DNA from: Eledone cirrhosa
Lineage: Eukaryota
Direction: 5' to 3'
Assembly (NCBI GenBank): GCA_964016885.1
Contig: OZ024743.1
Span: 147,250,001 to 147,314,000 of the forward strand
DNA: 64,000 nt
Position numbers and translations under genes: made by a program. Positions 12,855-25,497 of this stretch are shown here, in pieces. The first letter of the stretch is position 1. Each line of letters begins with the position of its first letter. The notes under the pieces were generated by a model. That model was not told where the DNA came from. It did no database searches and saw nothing but the letters and a program-made list of their open reading frames with translations.

Positions 12855-12886
<32 letters not shown>

Positions 12887-12935
12887 ATTAAAAGATTGGA
12901 GGCCATACTCAGTTGCTTCAGGTTTATTTAAAACT

Positions 12936-12993
12936 CCGTTATACATATTTTGCTGAGGACAATTAGTTATGAAAGCCTGAGCTCTTCAGACGG
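12936..12993 (-). ncRNA. Degenerate hammerhead (G12 to A)
   Basis: Minus strand: ccgt-CTGAAGA-gctcagg...cctcagc-AAAA-tatgtATA-acgg. Confidence 0.55.
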
Positions 12994-13688
12994 CTAAACC
13001 TATAAATACAATGAAAGTTCCCTAAAAAAAAAACCTTTAAATTTGGAAAAATACAATAACTTGTTTGTTCTCGTCACTAGACTACGATAATGCTGGGGAA
13101 CTAGTTGGAAGGTTATCTAGTCGATCATGCTCAGTACTCTGTCTAGCAGTTATTTTTAAGGAATTTAGATTGGACGAAACATAGTTAACTTTATATATAT
13201 TGTATTGAGGACTTCCTAATGATATTTCTATGGATGGATTTACAAGATGAATAAAGGTGATTTCTAGCCCTGTAGAAATATTGATAGCTTGGTAGAGTGG
13301 CAGAAAGGTTAATTGTTAGAAAGATTGGTTACTACTAATCTTTCAAAAACATAACTGTTTACTAAATATATAAAGTCACTAAAACTAATTGATATATTTT
13401 TCGTCTCGATATTTTTCTGTCTTTTTTTCCTATATACTTCAATATCGACATTTTAGTGTTACACAAATAGAAGTTGATGTGAAGTTCATAGTCTTAACAG
13501 ATGTTAAGTTTACACACAACTACACACACACATACATACACGCACGCATATAAATATATACAAACACATCTATGCATGGGGATAACTGAATGTATGTGTT
13601 GATATTCTAAATCAGTCACCATATGCCGTTTATTCACTTTCTCTCTCACAAATACACACGCGCACACACACACGCACATATATATAAA

Positions 13689-13776
<88 letters not shown>

Positions 13777-13898
13777 AATATAGACATAGAATATTCGAAA
13801 ATATTCTGTATGTTTATAATAAACATTTTGAAGACCTAATCGCTATAGAATAGAATACGTCACGTATTACAATTAGATTCTCGATAAAAGCAAGGGAA

Positions 13899-14561
13899 GT
13901 AATCTACGCGTTTCATTCTTGTTAGAATTCATCAGGACTACATATCCAGTGCTTTTATCGAGAATGACACAGCTAGAGACTTATAGAATACTTAGCTGTG
14001 TACAGGAACTGGTTTGAAAGAGCGGTTGCCGGTCCGGCAGAAATTAGAAATTGGAATAAATGCTCTGAAATAGCGATATATATGTGAATATAGACATAGA
14101 ATATTCGAAAATATTCTGTATGTTTATAATAAACATTTTGAAGACCTAATCGCTATAGAATAGAATACGTCACGTATTACAATTAGATTCTCGATAAAAG
14201 CAAGGGAAGTAATCTACGCGTTTCATTCTTGTTAGAATTCATCAGGACTACATATCCAGTGCTTTTGTCGAGAATGACACAGCTAGAGACTTATAGAATA
14301 CTTAGCTGTGTACAGGAACTGGTTTGAAAGAGCGGTTGCCGGTCCGGCAGAAATTAGAAATTGGAATAAATGCTCTGAAATAGCGATATATATGTGAATA
14401 TAGACATAGAATATTCGAAAATATTCTGTATGTTTATAATAAACATTTTGAAGACCTAATCGCTATAGAATAGAATACGTCACGTATTACAATTAGATTC
14501 TCGATAAAAGCAAGGGAAGTAATCTACGCGTTTCATTCTTGTTAGAATTCATCAGGACTAC
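13899..14561 (-). ncRNA. Three minimal type I HHRs (13899-13941, 14209-14251, 14519-14561)
   Basis: Plus strand reads gtaatc tac gc gtttc attcttgttagaat tcatcag gactac, the reverse complement of the canonical motif. Confidence 0.92.
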
Positions 14562-14746
14562 ATATCCAGTGCTTTTATCGAGAATGACACAGCTAGAGAC
14601 TTATAGAATACTTAGCTGTGTACAGGAACTGGTTTGAAAGAGCGGTTGCCGGTCCGGCAGAAATTAGAAATTGGAATAAATGCTCTGAAATAGCGATATA
14701 TATGTGAATATAGACATAGAATATTCTCGATAAAAGCACTGGATAT

Positions 14747-16339
14747 GTAGTCCTGATGAATTCTAACAAGAATGAAACGCGTAGATTACTTCCCTTGCTT
14801 TTATCGAGAATCTAATTGTAATACGTGACGTATTCTATTCTATAGCGATTAGGTCTTCAAAATGTTTATTATAAACATACAGAATATTTTCGAATATTCT
14901 ATGTCTATATTCACATATATATCGCTATTTCAGAGCATTTATTCCAATTTCTAATTTCTGCCGGACCGGCAACCGCTCTTTCAAACCAGTTCCTGTACAC
15001 AGCTAAGTATTCTATAAGTCTCTAGCTGTGTCATTCTCGATAAAAGCACTGGATATGTAGTCCTGATGAATTCTAACAAGAATGAAACGCGTAGATTACT
15101 TCCCTTGCTTTTATCGAGAATCTAATTGTAATACGTGACGTATTCTATTCTATAGCGATTAGGTCTTCAAAATGTTTATTATAAACATACAGAATATTTT
15201 CGAATATTCTATGTCTATATTCACATATATATCGCTATTTCAGAGCATTTATTCCAATTTCTAATTTCTGCCGGACCGGCAACCGCTCTTTCAAACCAGT
15301 TCCTGTACACAGCTAAGTATTCTATAAGTCTCTAGCTGTGTCATTCTCGATAAAAGCACTGGATATGTAGTCCTGATGAATTCTAACAAGAATGAAACGC
15401 GTAGATTACTTCCCTTGCTTTTATCGAGAATCTAATTGTAATACGTGACGTATTCTATTCTATAGCGATTAGGTCTTCAAAATGTTTATTATAAACATAC
15501 AGAATATTTTCGAATATTCTATGTCTATATTCACATATATATCGCTATTTCAGAGCATTTATTCCAATTTCTAATTTCTGCCGGACCGGCAACCGCTCTT
15601 TCAAACCAGTTCCTGTACACAGCTAAGTATTCTATAAGTCTCTAGCTGTGTCATTCTCGATAAAAGCACTGGATATGTAGTCCTGATGAATTCTAACAAG
15701 AATGAAACGCGTAGATTACTTCCCTTGCTTTTATCGAGAATCTAATTGTAATACGTGACGTATTCTATTCTATAGCGATTAGGTCTTCAAAATGTTTATT
15801 ATAAACATACAGAATATTTTCGAATATTCTATGTCTATATTCACATATATATCGCTATTTCAGAGCATTTATTCCAATTTCTAATTTCTGCCGGACCGGC
15901 AACCGCTCTTTCAAACCAGTTCCTGTACACAGCTAAGTATTCTATAAGTCTCTAGCTGTGTCATTCTCGATAAAAGCACTGGATATGTAGTCCTGATGAA
16001 TTCTAACAAGAATGAAACGCGTAGATTACTTCCCTTGCTTTTATCGAGAATCTAATTGTAATACGTGACGTATTCTATTCTATAGCGATTAGGTCTTCAA
16101 AATGTTTATTATAAACATACAGAATATTTTCGAATATTCTATGTCTATATTCACATATATATCGCTATTTCAGAGCATTTATTCCAATTTCTAATTTCTG
16201 CCGGACCGGCAACCGCTCTTTCAAACCAGTTCCTGTACACAGCTAAGTATTCTATAAGTCTCTAGCTGTGTCATTCTCGATAAAAGCACTGGATATGTAG
16301 TCCTGATGAATTCTAACAAGAATGAAACGCGTAGATTAC
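14747..16339 (+). ncRNA. Six minimal type I HHRs (starts 14747, 15057, 15367, 15677, 15987, 16297; 43 nt each)
   Basis: gtagtc-CTGATGA-attct aaca agaat-GAAAC-gc-GTA-gattac; full canonical core, palindromic stem III acgcgt; enclosed by a 16-bp stem attctcgataaaagca/tgcttttatcgagaat. Confidence 0.93.
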
Positions 16340-16492
16340 TTCCCTTGCTTTTATCGAGAATCTAATTGTAATACGTGACGTATTCTATTCTATAGCGATT
16401 AGGTCTTCAAAATGTTTATTATAAACATACAGAATATTTTCGAATATTCTATGTCTATATTCACATATATATCGCTATTTCAGAGCATTTAT

Positions 16493-16581
<89 letters not shown>

Positions 16582-16583
<2 letters not shown>

Positions 16584-16705
16584 CGACAACGTGTGGCATT
16601 TATTCTAATACGGCACAGTAAGATCAAATTCCGCCGAGTTCAAGATTGCCTTTAATTCCTTTCAGTTCGATAAAAAAAAGTAGCAGTCCAGTACTGAGGT
16701 CGATT
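16582..16705 (+). mobile_element. Degenerate SINE fragment
   Basis: tcaaattccgccgag...ttgcctttaattcctttc..tcgataaaa resembles the SINE core. Confidence 0.55.
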
Positions 16706-17514
16706 CTTCCTCTATACAACTTACTCTCTATCATTGTCTCTCTTTCTCTCAGGCATGGTGAAGAAATGAACTTTACCGGCTTTAAAAAAAGCCCAAGAAA
16801 TATATTTATGTATACACTGCCAAACCGAGCTAATTATCTTTCGTGATAAGTCAACCAGGGAACCTCTACTTTGTGCCTCAACCCGCCAGAGTATCTGCCA
16901 AATCTCTAACTTCATGCTGTTTTAATTAACCCGTGACATACTGAATAATATTGTCCTATATACTCCTCTACACGATGGGATGGTCATAGTTGAAATGGCT
17001 CTAATTGTGTGTTTTCTTCATTAGAGTTTAGCTTGAGTATATTATTCAAAAGGCGGTGTGTTCAAGACTGAAATAAACAATAATCCAGATCACTACTCCA
17101 ATACAATCCACTGGACATTACAGTTATTGAAAGATATAAAGAAAAACTATGTTTTAAAAATGGAACCTCTTTGATTTTAAGTTTACTCGATCAGAGCTGA
17201 CTTAAAGCTAAGCATCAACATCTAAGCTACCACAGTTCTACCTTGTCAGTGTTGAAAAACACACACATACTCACACACAAACACACACACACATTCCCCC
17301 CCACCACACAAACATACCCCCCCGTCATCATCATCATCAATAACATCATTAATCTCATCAAACACAGCAAAACGTGACCCTCTATGCCGTACTAAGCGGA
17401 TCCTTACCATTAATAAATGCAGAGGAACAACACTTCCAGAAACATCAACACTATCACCTTAGCTCTTACTCCCACCACTTCCCTTACTCCCACCACCTGT
17501 CATTATCAACATTT

Positions 17515-17563
<49 letters not shown>

Positions 17564-17586
17564 CAGTACTACTACTGCTACTACCA

Positions 17587-17641
<55 letters not shown>

Positions 17642-19080
17642 GGGAAGCTGCCTCCCTCGTTACCACTGCCTCATTTCTTCGCACACCACTGCCACCATCT
17701 CAATACTATTCCACCGCAGCTACCACCTCCGCCACCACCACCACCACCACCACCACCACCAACCACCACTACCACCAAAACCATCCCCACCACCTCCACC
17801 ACCACCACCACCATTACAACCAAAACCATCCCCCGCCACCACCTCCCCCACCACCACCATTTCTATCATTACCACTCCGCCCACAGCTACTCCTACTAAC
17901 ACAACCAGCTCTGTCATTGTCCCCACCTCATTACTCTCACCGCCACTACATCCATCATAACCATAACAAACCCGCCCACTATTACTCCCACCTCGTCTCT
18001 ACCATCACTTCGAACACAACCACCACCACAGCCACCACCGCATTCACCACTATCATCCCGCCCCCTACTACTACAACTAACTCCACATATAACATTACCC
18101 ACCACCACCACCACCACCACCACCACCACCACAACCACCACCACCACCACTACTATCATCCCGCCCCCTACTACTACAACTAACTCCACATCCAACATTA
18201 CCAGTCTACCCACCACCACCACCACCAGCAACAACATCAATACCACAACCACCACCACAACCACCACCACCACCACCACTATCATCCCGCCCCCTACTAC
18301 TACAACTAACTCCACATCCAACATTACCAGTCTACCCACCACCACCACCACCACCACCACCACCACCGCCACCACCACCACTATCATCCCACCCCCTACT
18401 ACTACAACTAACTCCACATCCAACATTACCAGTCTACCCACCACCACCACCACCACCACCATCACCAGCAACAACATCAACACCACAACCACAACCACCA
18501 CCACCACTATCATCCCACCCCCTACTACTACAACTAACTCCACATCCAACATTACCAGTCTACCCACCACCACCACCACCACCACCACCAGCAACAACAT
18601 CAACACCACCACCACCACCACAACCACCACCACCACTATCATCCCACCCCCTACTACTACAACTAACTCCACATCCAACATTACCAGTCTACCCACCACC
18701 ACCACCACCACCAGCAACAACATCAACACCACCACCACCACCACAACCACCACCACCACTATCATCCCACCCCCTACTACTACAACTAACTCCACATCCA
18801 ACATTACCAGTCTACCCACCACCACCACCACCACCACCACCAGCAACAACATCAACACCACCACCACCACCACAACCACCACCACCACTATCATCCCACC
18901 CCCTACTACTACAACTAACTCCACATCCAACATTACCAGTCTACCCACCACCACCAGCAACAACATCAACACCACCACCACAACCACCACCACAACTACC
19001 ACCACCACCACCACCACCACCACCACCATCACCAGCAACAATATCAACACCACAACCACCACCACCATCACCACTACACC
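17515..19080. repeat. (ACT)n/(ACC)n triplet-derived region with ~100-130-bp higher-order minisatellite (~8 copies, 18048-19000)
   Basis: Recurrent cactatcatccc(a/g)ccccctactactacaactaactccacatccaacattaccagtctaccc core separated by variable (acc)n. Confidence 0.9.
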
Positions 19081-19171
19081 TTCATTCCACCCACAGCGTT
19101 TCTCACCACCTTCGTCACACCCATTGCATTATCAATACGCCCCCCCCCATCACCCCCCCACCCTGACCAAT

Positions 19172-19503
19172 ATTGTTTCTACTTTAGGCACAAGGCCAGC
19201 AATTATCTCAGCGCATTACTGGTACTTTATTTTATCGACCCCGTAAGGATGAAAGGCAAAGTTAACCTCGGCGGGATTTGAACTCAGACTGTAAAGGGCC
19301 GTATTTCAACCCCACCATTGGTGGATTGGCAGTATTGGTAGAAGGTTGGACGCCATGCTTTGCAGCATAGAATTACGTCCCTTTACGGCCTGAGTTCAAA
19401 TCCCGCCGAGTTTAACTTTGCTTTTCATCCCTATTGGGTTCATAAAATAAAGTACCAGTAATGCACTGAGATAATTGCTGACCTTGTGCCAAAAGTAGAA
19501 AGA
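19172..19503. mobile_element. Divergent inverted SINE pair (19172-19300 -, 19320-19503 +)
   Basis: Both match the SINE consensus in opposite orientations. Confidence 0.9.
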
Positions 19504-20217
19504 ACTGTTACCCCCCACCCCTGCTACTCTTAACAACCAAAAAATATCAAGAAATCTGACCACAATAGCAGAAGATCTCGATCTAGAGTAGCAGCATTAT
19601 GTATCTTATATATAGGCTATGTCCACCAAACGTCTATTCACTCCTAAATATAAGGACCAACATCAAAATTGTCAATCCACACTTGCTCTGCTACGCTTTT
19701 ATACCACCCTTTTCTGCTTTTGGTCGTGCCCCCACTTACGCTAATCTCCCTTTTCTCTACCCCAACCACTCTCTTTCTCCATTTCCCACCTCACCCACTT
19801 CATTTTATAATTACTCCATTACATATATTTTTTGTAATACGCCCCTCTTTCAGCGCCTTCCCGACACCCCTTACATTGTTTAATTTTGTATTTCATTTTT
19901 TTTTTATATATATCTGACTCCCCTCTCCTTTAGTAATTTGATGTAACAACCTTCCACCTCTTCTCCCCGTTCCAACCCTTCCTCATTGCTGCCATCTCTT
20001 TCATCTAGCGCGTAGGTCTCTCTTTCTTTCCCATCTACTATAATCCTTTATAGATTCCTCTCCTTACTCCACCACTGTTAACATCACCACCGCTCAGCGG
20101 CAGTCAATAGGTTTGGTCTTCCAAGTCTACTTACCATCGCTTACCATGTCAATTTTTCACTTCTTTCATCACACGCACACAAACAAACGCATATTATATA
20201 TACATATATATGTACAC

Positions 20218-20306
<89 letters not shown>

Positions 20307-20308
<2 letters not shown>

Positions 20309-20445
20309 AACATGTTCAAGACCCTGACGGCGGAGCTCAAGCGGTTTCGACGTCTCTACTACCCTACTTACCCACACTACTACCCTAAGTATTGAGTATT
20401 CTGGTGCGTTATGGTCCACCTGGTTCCTTACCACACTTCCTTCGT

Positions 20446-20447
<2 letters not shown>
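20307..20447. mobile_element. Family B fragment: inverted HHR 3' half plus sense tail, inside (TA)n
   Basis: gaccctgacggcggagctcaagcggtttcgacg (reverse complement of GAAAC..GTC), then tail matching 11610-11687. Confidence 0.8.
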
Positions 20448-20477
<30 letters not shown>

Positions 20478-20552
20478 ATATATCGAAAACTGTGTTGAAT
20501 AATGGTCTAACTAGTTTAAATCCGGATATATATATATATGTATGTGTGTGTG

Positions 20553-20583
<31 letters not shown>

Positions 20584-20651
20584 CTGTGTGTCTGTGTGTC
20601 TGTGTGTCTGTATTGATGGCCCAATGAATTAACTATGGAGATATAAAAGAT

Positions 20652-21048
20652 GCAGTATCGGTAGAGGGTCTGACGCATGGCTTTGCAGCAAAGAGTTACG
20701 GCCCTTTATGGTCTGAGGTTAACTTTGCCTTTCATCCTTACGAGGTCGATAAAATAAAGTACCAGTAATGTACTGGGTAATTGCTGGCCTTGTGCCTAAA
20801 GTAGAAACAATTATTTGATATATATATCAGGGCGGTGGATTGGCAGTACCAGTAGAGGGTCGGACGCCATGCTTTGCAGCATAGACTAACGGCTCTTTAT
20901 AATATGAGCTCAAATCCCGCGGAGGTTAACTTTGCCTTTCATCCTTATGTGGTGATAAAATAAAGTACCAGTCATGCACTGGGGTCGATTTAATTGACTT
21001 TCCCTTCCCCCCAAATTACTGGCCTTGTGCCTATATAAGAAACCATTA
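20652..21048 (+). mobile_element. Two SINE copies (20652-20814, 20829-21048)
   Basis: SINE consensus; attatttgatatatat flanks the second copy on both sides. Confidence 0.9.
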
Positions 21049-21052
21049 TTTG

Positions 21053-21086
<34 letters not shown>

Positions 21087-21379
21087 GTAAATATATCTAT
21101 CTATATATATCAAATTCGACTGTGTTCGAGTTTAATCTGTTTTGTTAACGACATTTCTTCATATCTCTTTATTACTGTTTATGTTTAGTTTGACATTCCT
21201 ATATTCAATAAGAGTTCAAGCCCATTTCGTCCTCATCTTATGAGCGAAGTGATGATATTGGTGTGTTGATGCTGTGTTTTCTAGTAAGAATCAAGCGATC
21301 AGAAACTAACAGTTAAAATCATCATTGCCAATTTAAAATTATTTGACGATGATCTCTTGGTTAGTTTCTATGTGTAACT

Positions 21380-21640
21380 TACATTTGCTGTATCTGTGTT
21401 GAAGTTTGCTTTGTGTTTTATTATTAATAAAACTTCTATATTGAATCTTGTATATGTTTTGTAGATTTCTATATAAGATAGAACTGTTGGTAGCTAAGTT
21501 ATTTTGATATCTAGTTTTGTTCCATTTTCTATTGTAGTGGCTCCTTGGAAATGTGTGGTAAATTCATGATGAGACTTTGCCGTACTTAAGTTGGTATTTT
21601 TTACATGTTTTCGTGTATAATGCTCGTTTGTAAATAAATA
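21380..21640 (-). pseudogene. Possible highly decayed GIY-YIG endonuclease C-terminus
   Basis: TRFNIEVLLIIKHKANFNTD resembles the E..I..P.LN motif. Confidence 0.3.
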
Positions 21641-22485
21641 TATAAGAATTACTCTTTGGTCACCACCCAGCATTTTAAAGGCCTATTGACATGCTATGAT
21701 GGATACATAGCTAAACATCTAAGGTGGTAACCGAACAACTGTCTGCATCAGTTGCGGAAACCTGATTGATTGATCGAAACATCGGGTGATGAAGTCTGAA
21801 ATCAAACAGCAATTTGTTGATTTGTATACAAAACTGCAGTTGAATTTCATGCTCGAAACCTTCTTTAAGATTAAGTGCCTTTTCGTCTGTGTACATTTCA
21901 ATGAATATGATATCAATATACCTGATATATATGATATGGTTGTATTTTGGACCACAAATTTATATCCGCTTCGAAAGACCAAGATCTCCATAAACATACT
22001 AAAATGTTTTATACAATCACACAAATCCCGTTTAAAACAAGTTCACTAAACTGTGACTAAAATTAATAATATAGCAACATACTTACACAAAGTAATTTCA
22101 AGTAGACTGATCATTCACTGTGAAAAAGAAATAAACACAAAAACTAATTCAATTATATTTCAAAACACACACTATACCACTTCTTTCGCACTCTCCCATC
22201 TGTATACTGACAGCTAGACTATTTATTAAAAACAATCAAAAATGTCTTTCAGAGAAACATTCATAACAAAAATCAGATGTTATTTTAGAATTTCTAAATT
22301 TCATCATAACCGTATTTCTAATATAGCAACTGAATGAAACTTGTATTACAAATATCTGCCACTTATTGGTATAACATGCCTCACTCAACTCTATGTTTAA
22401 AAGGTCTGTATCAGATAAGCTATATAGCATATATATATGTATATGTTTTATAACGACTATTGTGATATATATATGTATATATATA

Positions 22486-22555
<70 letters not shown>

Positions 22556-23136
22556 TATGTGTGTGTGTGTGTGACAGTGTATGAGTGTGTGTTCATCAAT
22601 AACATTTCCACCACCTACATATAATCATAAAATGAAACTAGTTAGGAATGTTCGCTGGAAAATATCCAATATAACCTGCGAGAAATATAATTAAATGGTA
22701 CTGTTCACCACTGTAATGATGCACTGAGAAAAAGGAGAATTCGCGAGAAACTGGACTGTTTACAAGAACATAACTCAGAGGCTATTGCAAACATAAAAAA
22801 TGATCTAATTCAACTCAACTCATTCTCTGAATGTAACGGCCAACGTAGCTAGACATTTCGACATTTCATCCAAGTTTTTTCCTATCAACAAACACCAAAC
22901 TGATAGAGAAAGTACAAAACATTTAATAAACGAGGCAACGAGATCCCCTCCTCGTTTTTTCGGCGTTGCACGATGCGAAACACCACATTGAGGAGGACGT
23001 CAGTTCATTGCAGGGCTTACTCAAAGCTACTGTTAGTACTAATTTTCAGTTTAGTTGATTGAATCAATGTGAAATGAAATCTTTTCTTTAAGAACATAAA
23101 ACACCATCCGATACAACATTCGAACCCGAGACAAGT

Positions 23137-25497
23137 TGGTATAATTGCTGGAGCTGGTATAATTGCTGGAGCTGGTGTAATTGCTGGAGCTGGTGTAATT
23201 GCTGGAGCTGGTGTAATTGCTGGAGCTGGTATAATTGCTGGAGCTGGTGTAATTGCTGGAGCTGGTGTAAGTGCTGGAGCTGGTATAATTGCTGGAGCTG
23301 GTATAATTGCTGGAGCTGGTGTAATTGCTGGAGCTGGTATAATTGCTGGAGCTGGTGTAATTGCTGGAGCTGGTATAATTGCTGGAGCTGGTGTAATTGC
23401 TGGAACTGGTGTAATTGCTGGAGCTGATATAATTGCTGGAGCTAGTATAATTGCTGGAGCTGGTGTAATTGCTGGAGCTGGTGTAATTGCTGGAGCTGGT
23501 ATAATTGCTGGAGCTGGTGTAATTGCTGGAGCTGGTGTAATTGCTGGAGCTAGTATAATTGCTGGAGCTGGTGTAATTGCTGGAGCTGGTGTAATTGCTG
23601 GAGCTGGTGTAAGTGCTGGAGCTGGTATAATTGCTGGAGCTGGTATAATTGCTGGAGCTGGTGTAATTGCTGGAGCTGATATAATTGCTGGAGCTGGTGT
23701 AATTGCTGGAGCTGGTATAATTACTGGAGCTGGTGTAATTGCTGGAGCTGGTATAATTGCTGGAGCTGGTATAATTGCTGGAGCTGGTATAATTGCTGGA
23801 GCTGGTGTAATTGCTGGAGCTGGTGTAATTGCTGGAGCTGGTATAATTGCTGGAGCTGGTGTAATTGCTGGAGCTGGTGTAATTGCTGGAGCTGGTGTAA
23901 GTGCTGGAGGTGGTATAATTGCTGGAGCTGGTATAATTGCTGGAGCTGGTGTAATTGCTGGAGCTGATATAATTGCTGGAGCTGGTATAATTGCTGGAGC
24001 TGGTATAATTACTGGAGCTGGTGTAATTGCTGGAGCTGATATAATTGCTGGAGCTGGTATAATTGCTGGAGCTGGTATAATTGCTGGAGCTGGTATAATT
24101 GCTGGAGCTGGTGTAATTGCTGGAGCTGGTATAATTGCTGGAGCTGGTATAATTGCTGGAGCTGGTATAATTTCTGGAGCTGGTGTAATTGCTGGAGCTG
24201 GTATAATTGCTGGAGCTGGTATAATTGCTGGAGCTGGTATAATTGCTGGAGCTGGTGTAATTGCTGGAGCTGGTGTAATTGCTGGAGCTGATATAATTGC
24301 TGGAGCTGGTATAATTGCTGGAGCTGGTGTAATTGCTGGAGCTGGTGTAATTGCTGGAGCTGGTATAATTGCTGGAGCTGGTATAATTGCTGGAGCTGGT
24401 GTTATTGCTGGAGCTGGTATAATTGCTGGAGCTGGTATAATTGCTGGAGCTGGTGTAATTGCTGGAGCTGGTGTAATTGCTGGAGCTGTTATAATTGCTG
24501 GAGCTGGTATAATTGCTGGAGCTGGTGTAATTGCTGGAGCTGGTATAATTGCTGGAGCTGGCGTAATTGCTGGAACTGGTGTAATTGCTGGAGCTGGTAT
24601 AATTGCTGGAGCTGGTATAATTGCTGGAGCTTGTGTAATTGCTGGAGCTGGTATAATTTCTGGAGCTGGTGTAATTGCTGGAGCTGGTGTAATTGCTGGA
24701 GCTGGTGTAACTGCTGGAGCTGGTGTAATTGCTGGAGCTGGTATAATTGCTGGAGCTGGTATAATTGCTGGAGCTGGTGTAATTGCTGGAGCTGGTATAA
24801 TTGCTGGAGCTGGTATAATTGCTGGAGCTGGTATAATTGCTGGAGCTGGTGTAATTGCTGGAGCTGGTATAATTGCTGGAGCTGGTGTAATTGCTGGAGC
24901 TGCTGGTATAATTGCTGGAGCTAGTATAATTGCTGGAGCTGGTATAATTGCTGGAGCTGGTGTAATTGCTGGAGCTGGTGTAATTGCTGGAGCTGGTATA
25001 ATTGCTGGAGCTGGTGTAATTGCTGGAGCTGGTGTAATTGCTGGAGCTGGTGTAATTGCTGGAGCTGGTATAATTGCTGGAGCTGGTGTAATTGCTGGAG
25101 CTGGTGTAATTGCTGGAGCTGGTGTAATTGCTGGAGCTGGTGTAATTGCTGGAGCTGGTGTAATTGCTGGAGCTGGTGTAAGTGCTGGAGCTGGTGTAAT
25201 TGCTTGAGCTGGTGTAATTGCTGGAGCTGGTATAATTGCTGGAGCTGGTGTAATTGCTGGAGCTGGTGTAATTGCTGGAGCTGGTATAATTGCTGGAGCT
25301 GGTGTAATTGCTGGAGCTGGTGTAATTGCTGGAGCTGGTGTAATTGCTGGAGCTGGTGTAATTGCTGGAGCTGGTATAATTGCTGGAGCTGGTGTAATTG
25401 CTGGAGCTGGTGTAATTGCTGGAGCTGGTATAATTGCTGGAGCTGGTGTAATTGCTGGAGCTGGTGTAATTGCTGGAGCTGGTATAATTGCTGGAGC
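23137..25497. repeat. 18-bp minisatellite (tggt[a/g]taattgctggagc), ~131 copies
   Basis: 2361 bp = 131 x 18 + one 3-bp insertion near 24901. Confidence 0.97.

Larger units (their letters stand above)
11876..12859. mobile_element. Fold-back element: ~470-bp inverted arms (11876-12346, 12383-12859), 36-nt spacer, HHR in each arm (family C)
   Basis: Arms are near-perfect reverse complements (one 6-bp indel, few substitutions); duplicated ORF seen on both strands in the track. Confidence 0.92.
13771..16498. repeat. 310-bp tandem array with internal inversion (3 units on -, ~5.7 units on +), one HHR per unit; non-LTR retrozyme-like
   Basis: Unit starts at 13771/14081/14391/14701; orientation switches at ~14723; units essentially identical (one substitution seen near 14267); (TA)n on both flanks. 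Confidence 0.97.

Noticed and set aside
13400-13470. Minus-strand KYIGKKDRKISRR, resembling a GIY-YIG motif upstream of the 12936 HHR
   Set aside because: Too short and not extendable in frame
13771-16498. CRISPR-like or rDNA-like interpretation of the tandem arrays
   Set aside because: Units are identical with no unique spacers, there are no cas genes and no rRNA/5S similarity, and the context is eukaryotic
17374-19074. Mucin-like Thr-rich / poly-Val ORFs
   Set aside because: Triplet-repeat-derived minisatellite; frames are open by composition, with a frame break near 18098 and no splice or signal evidence
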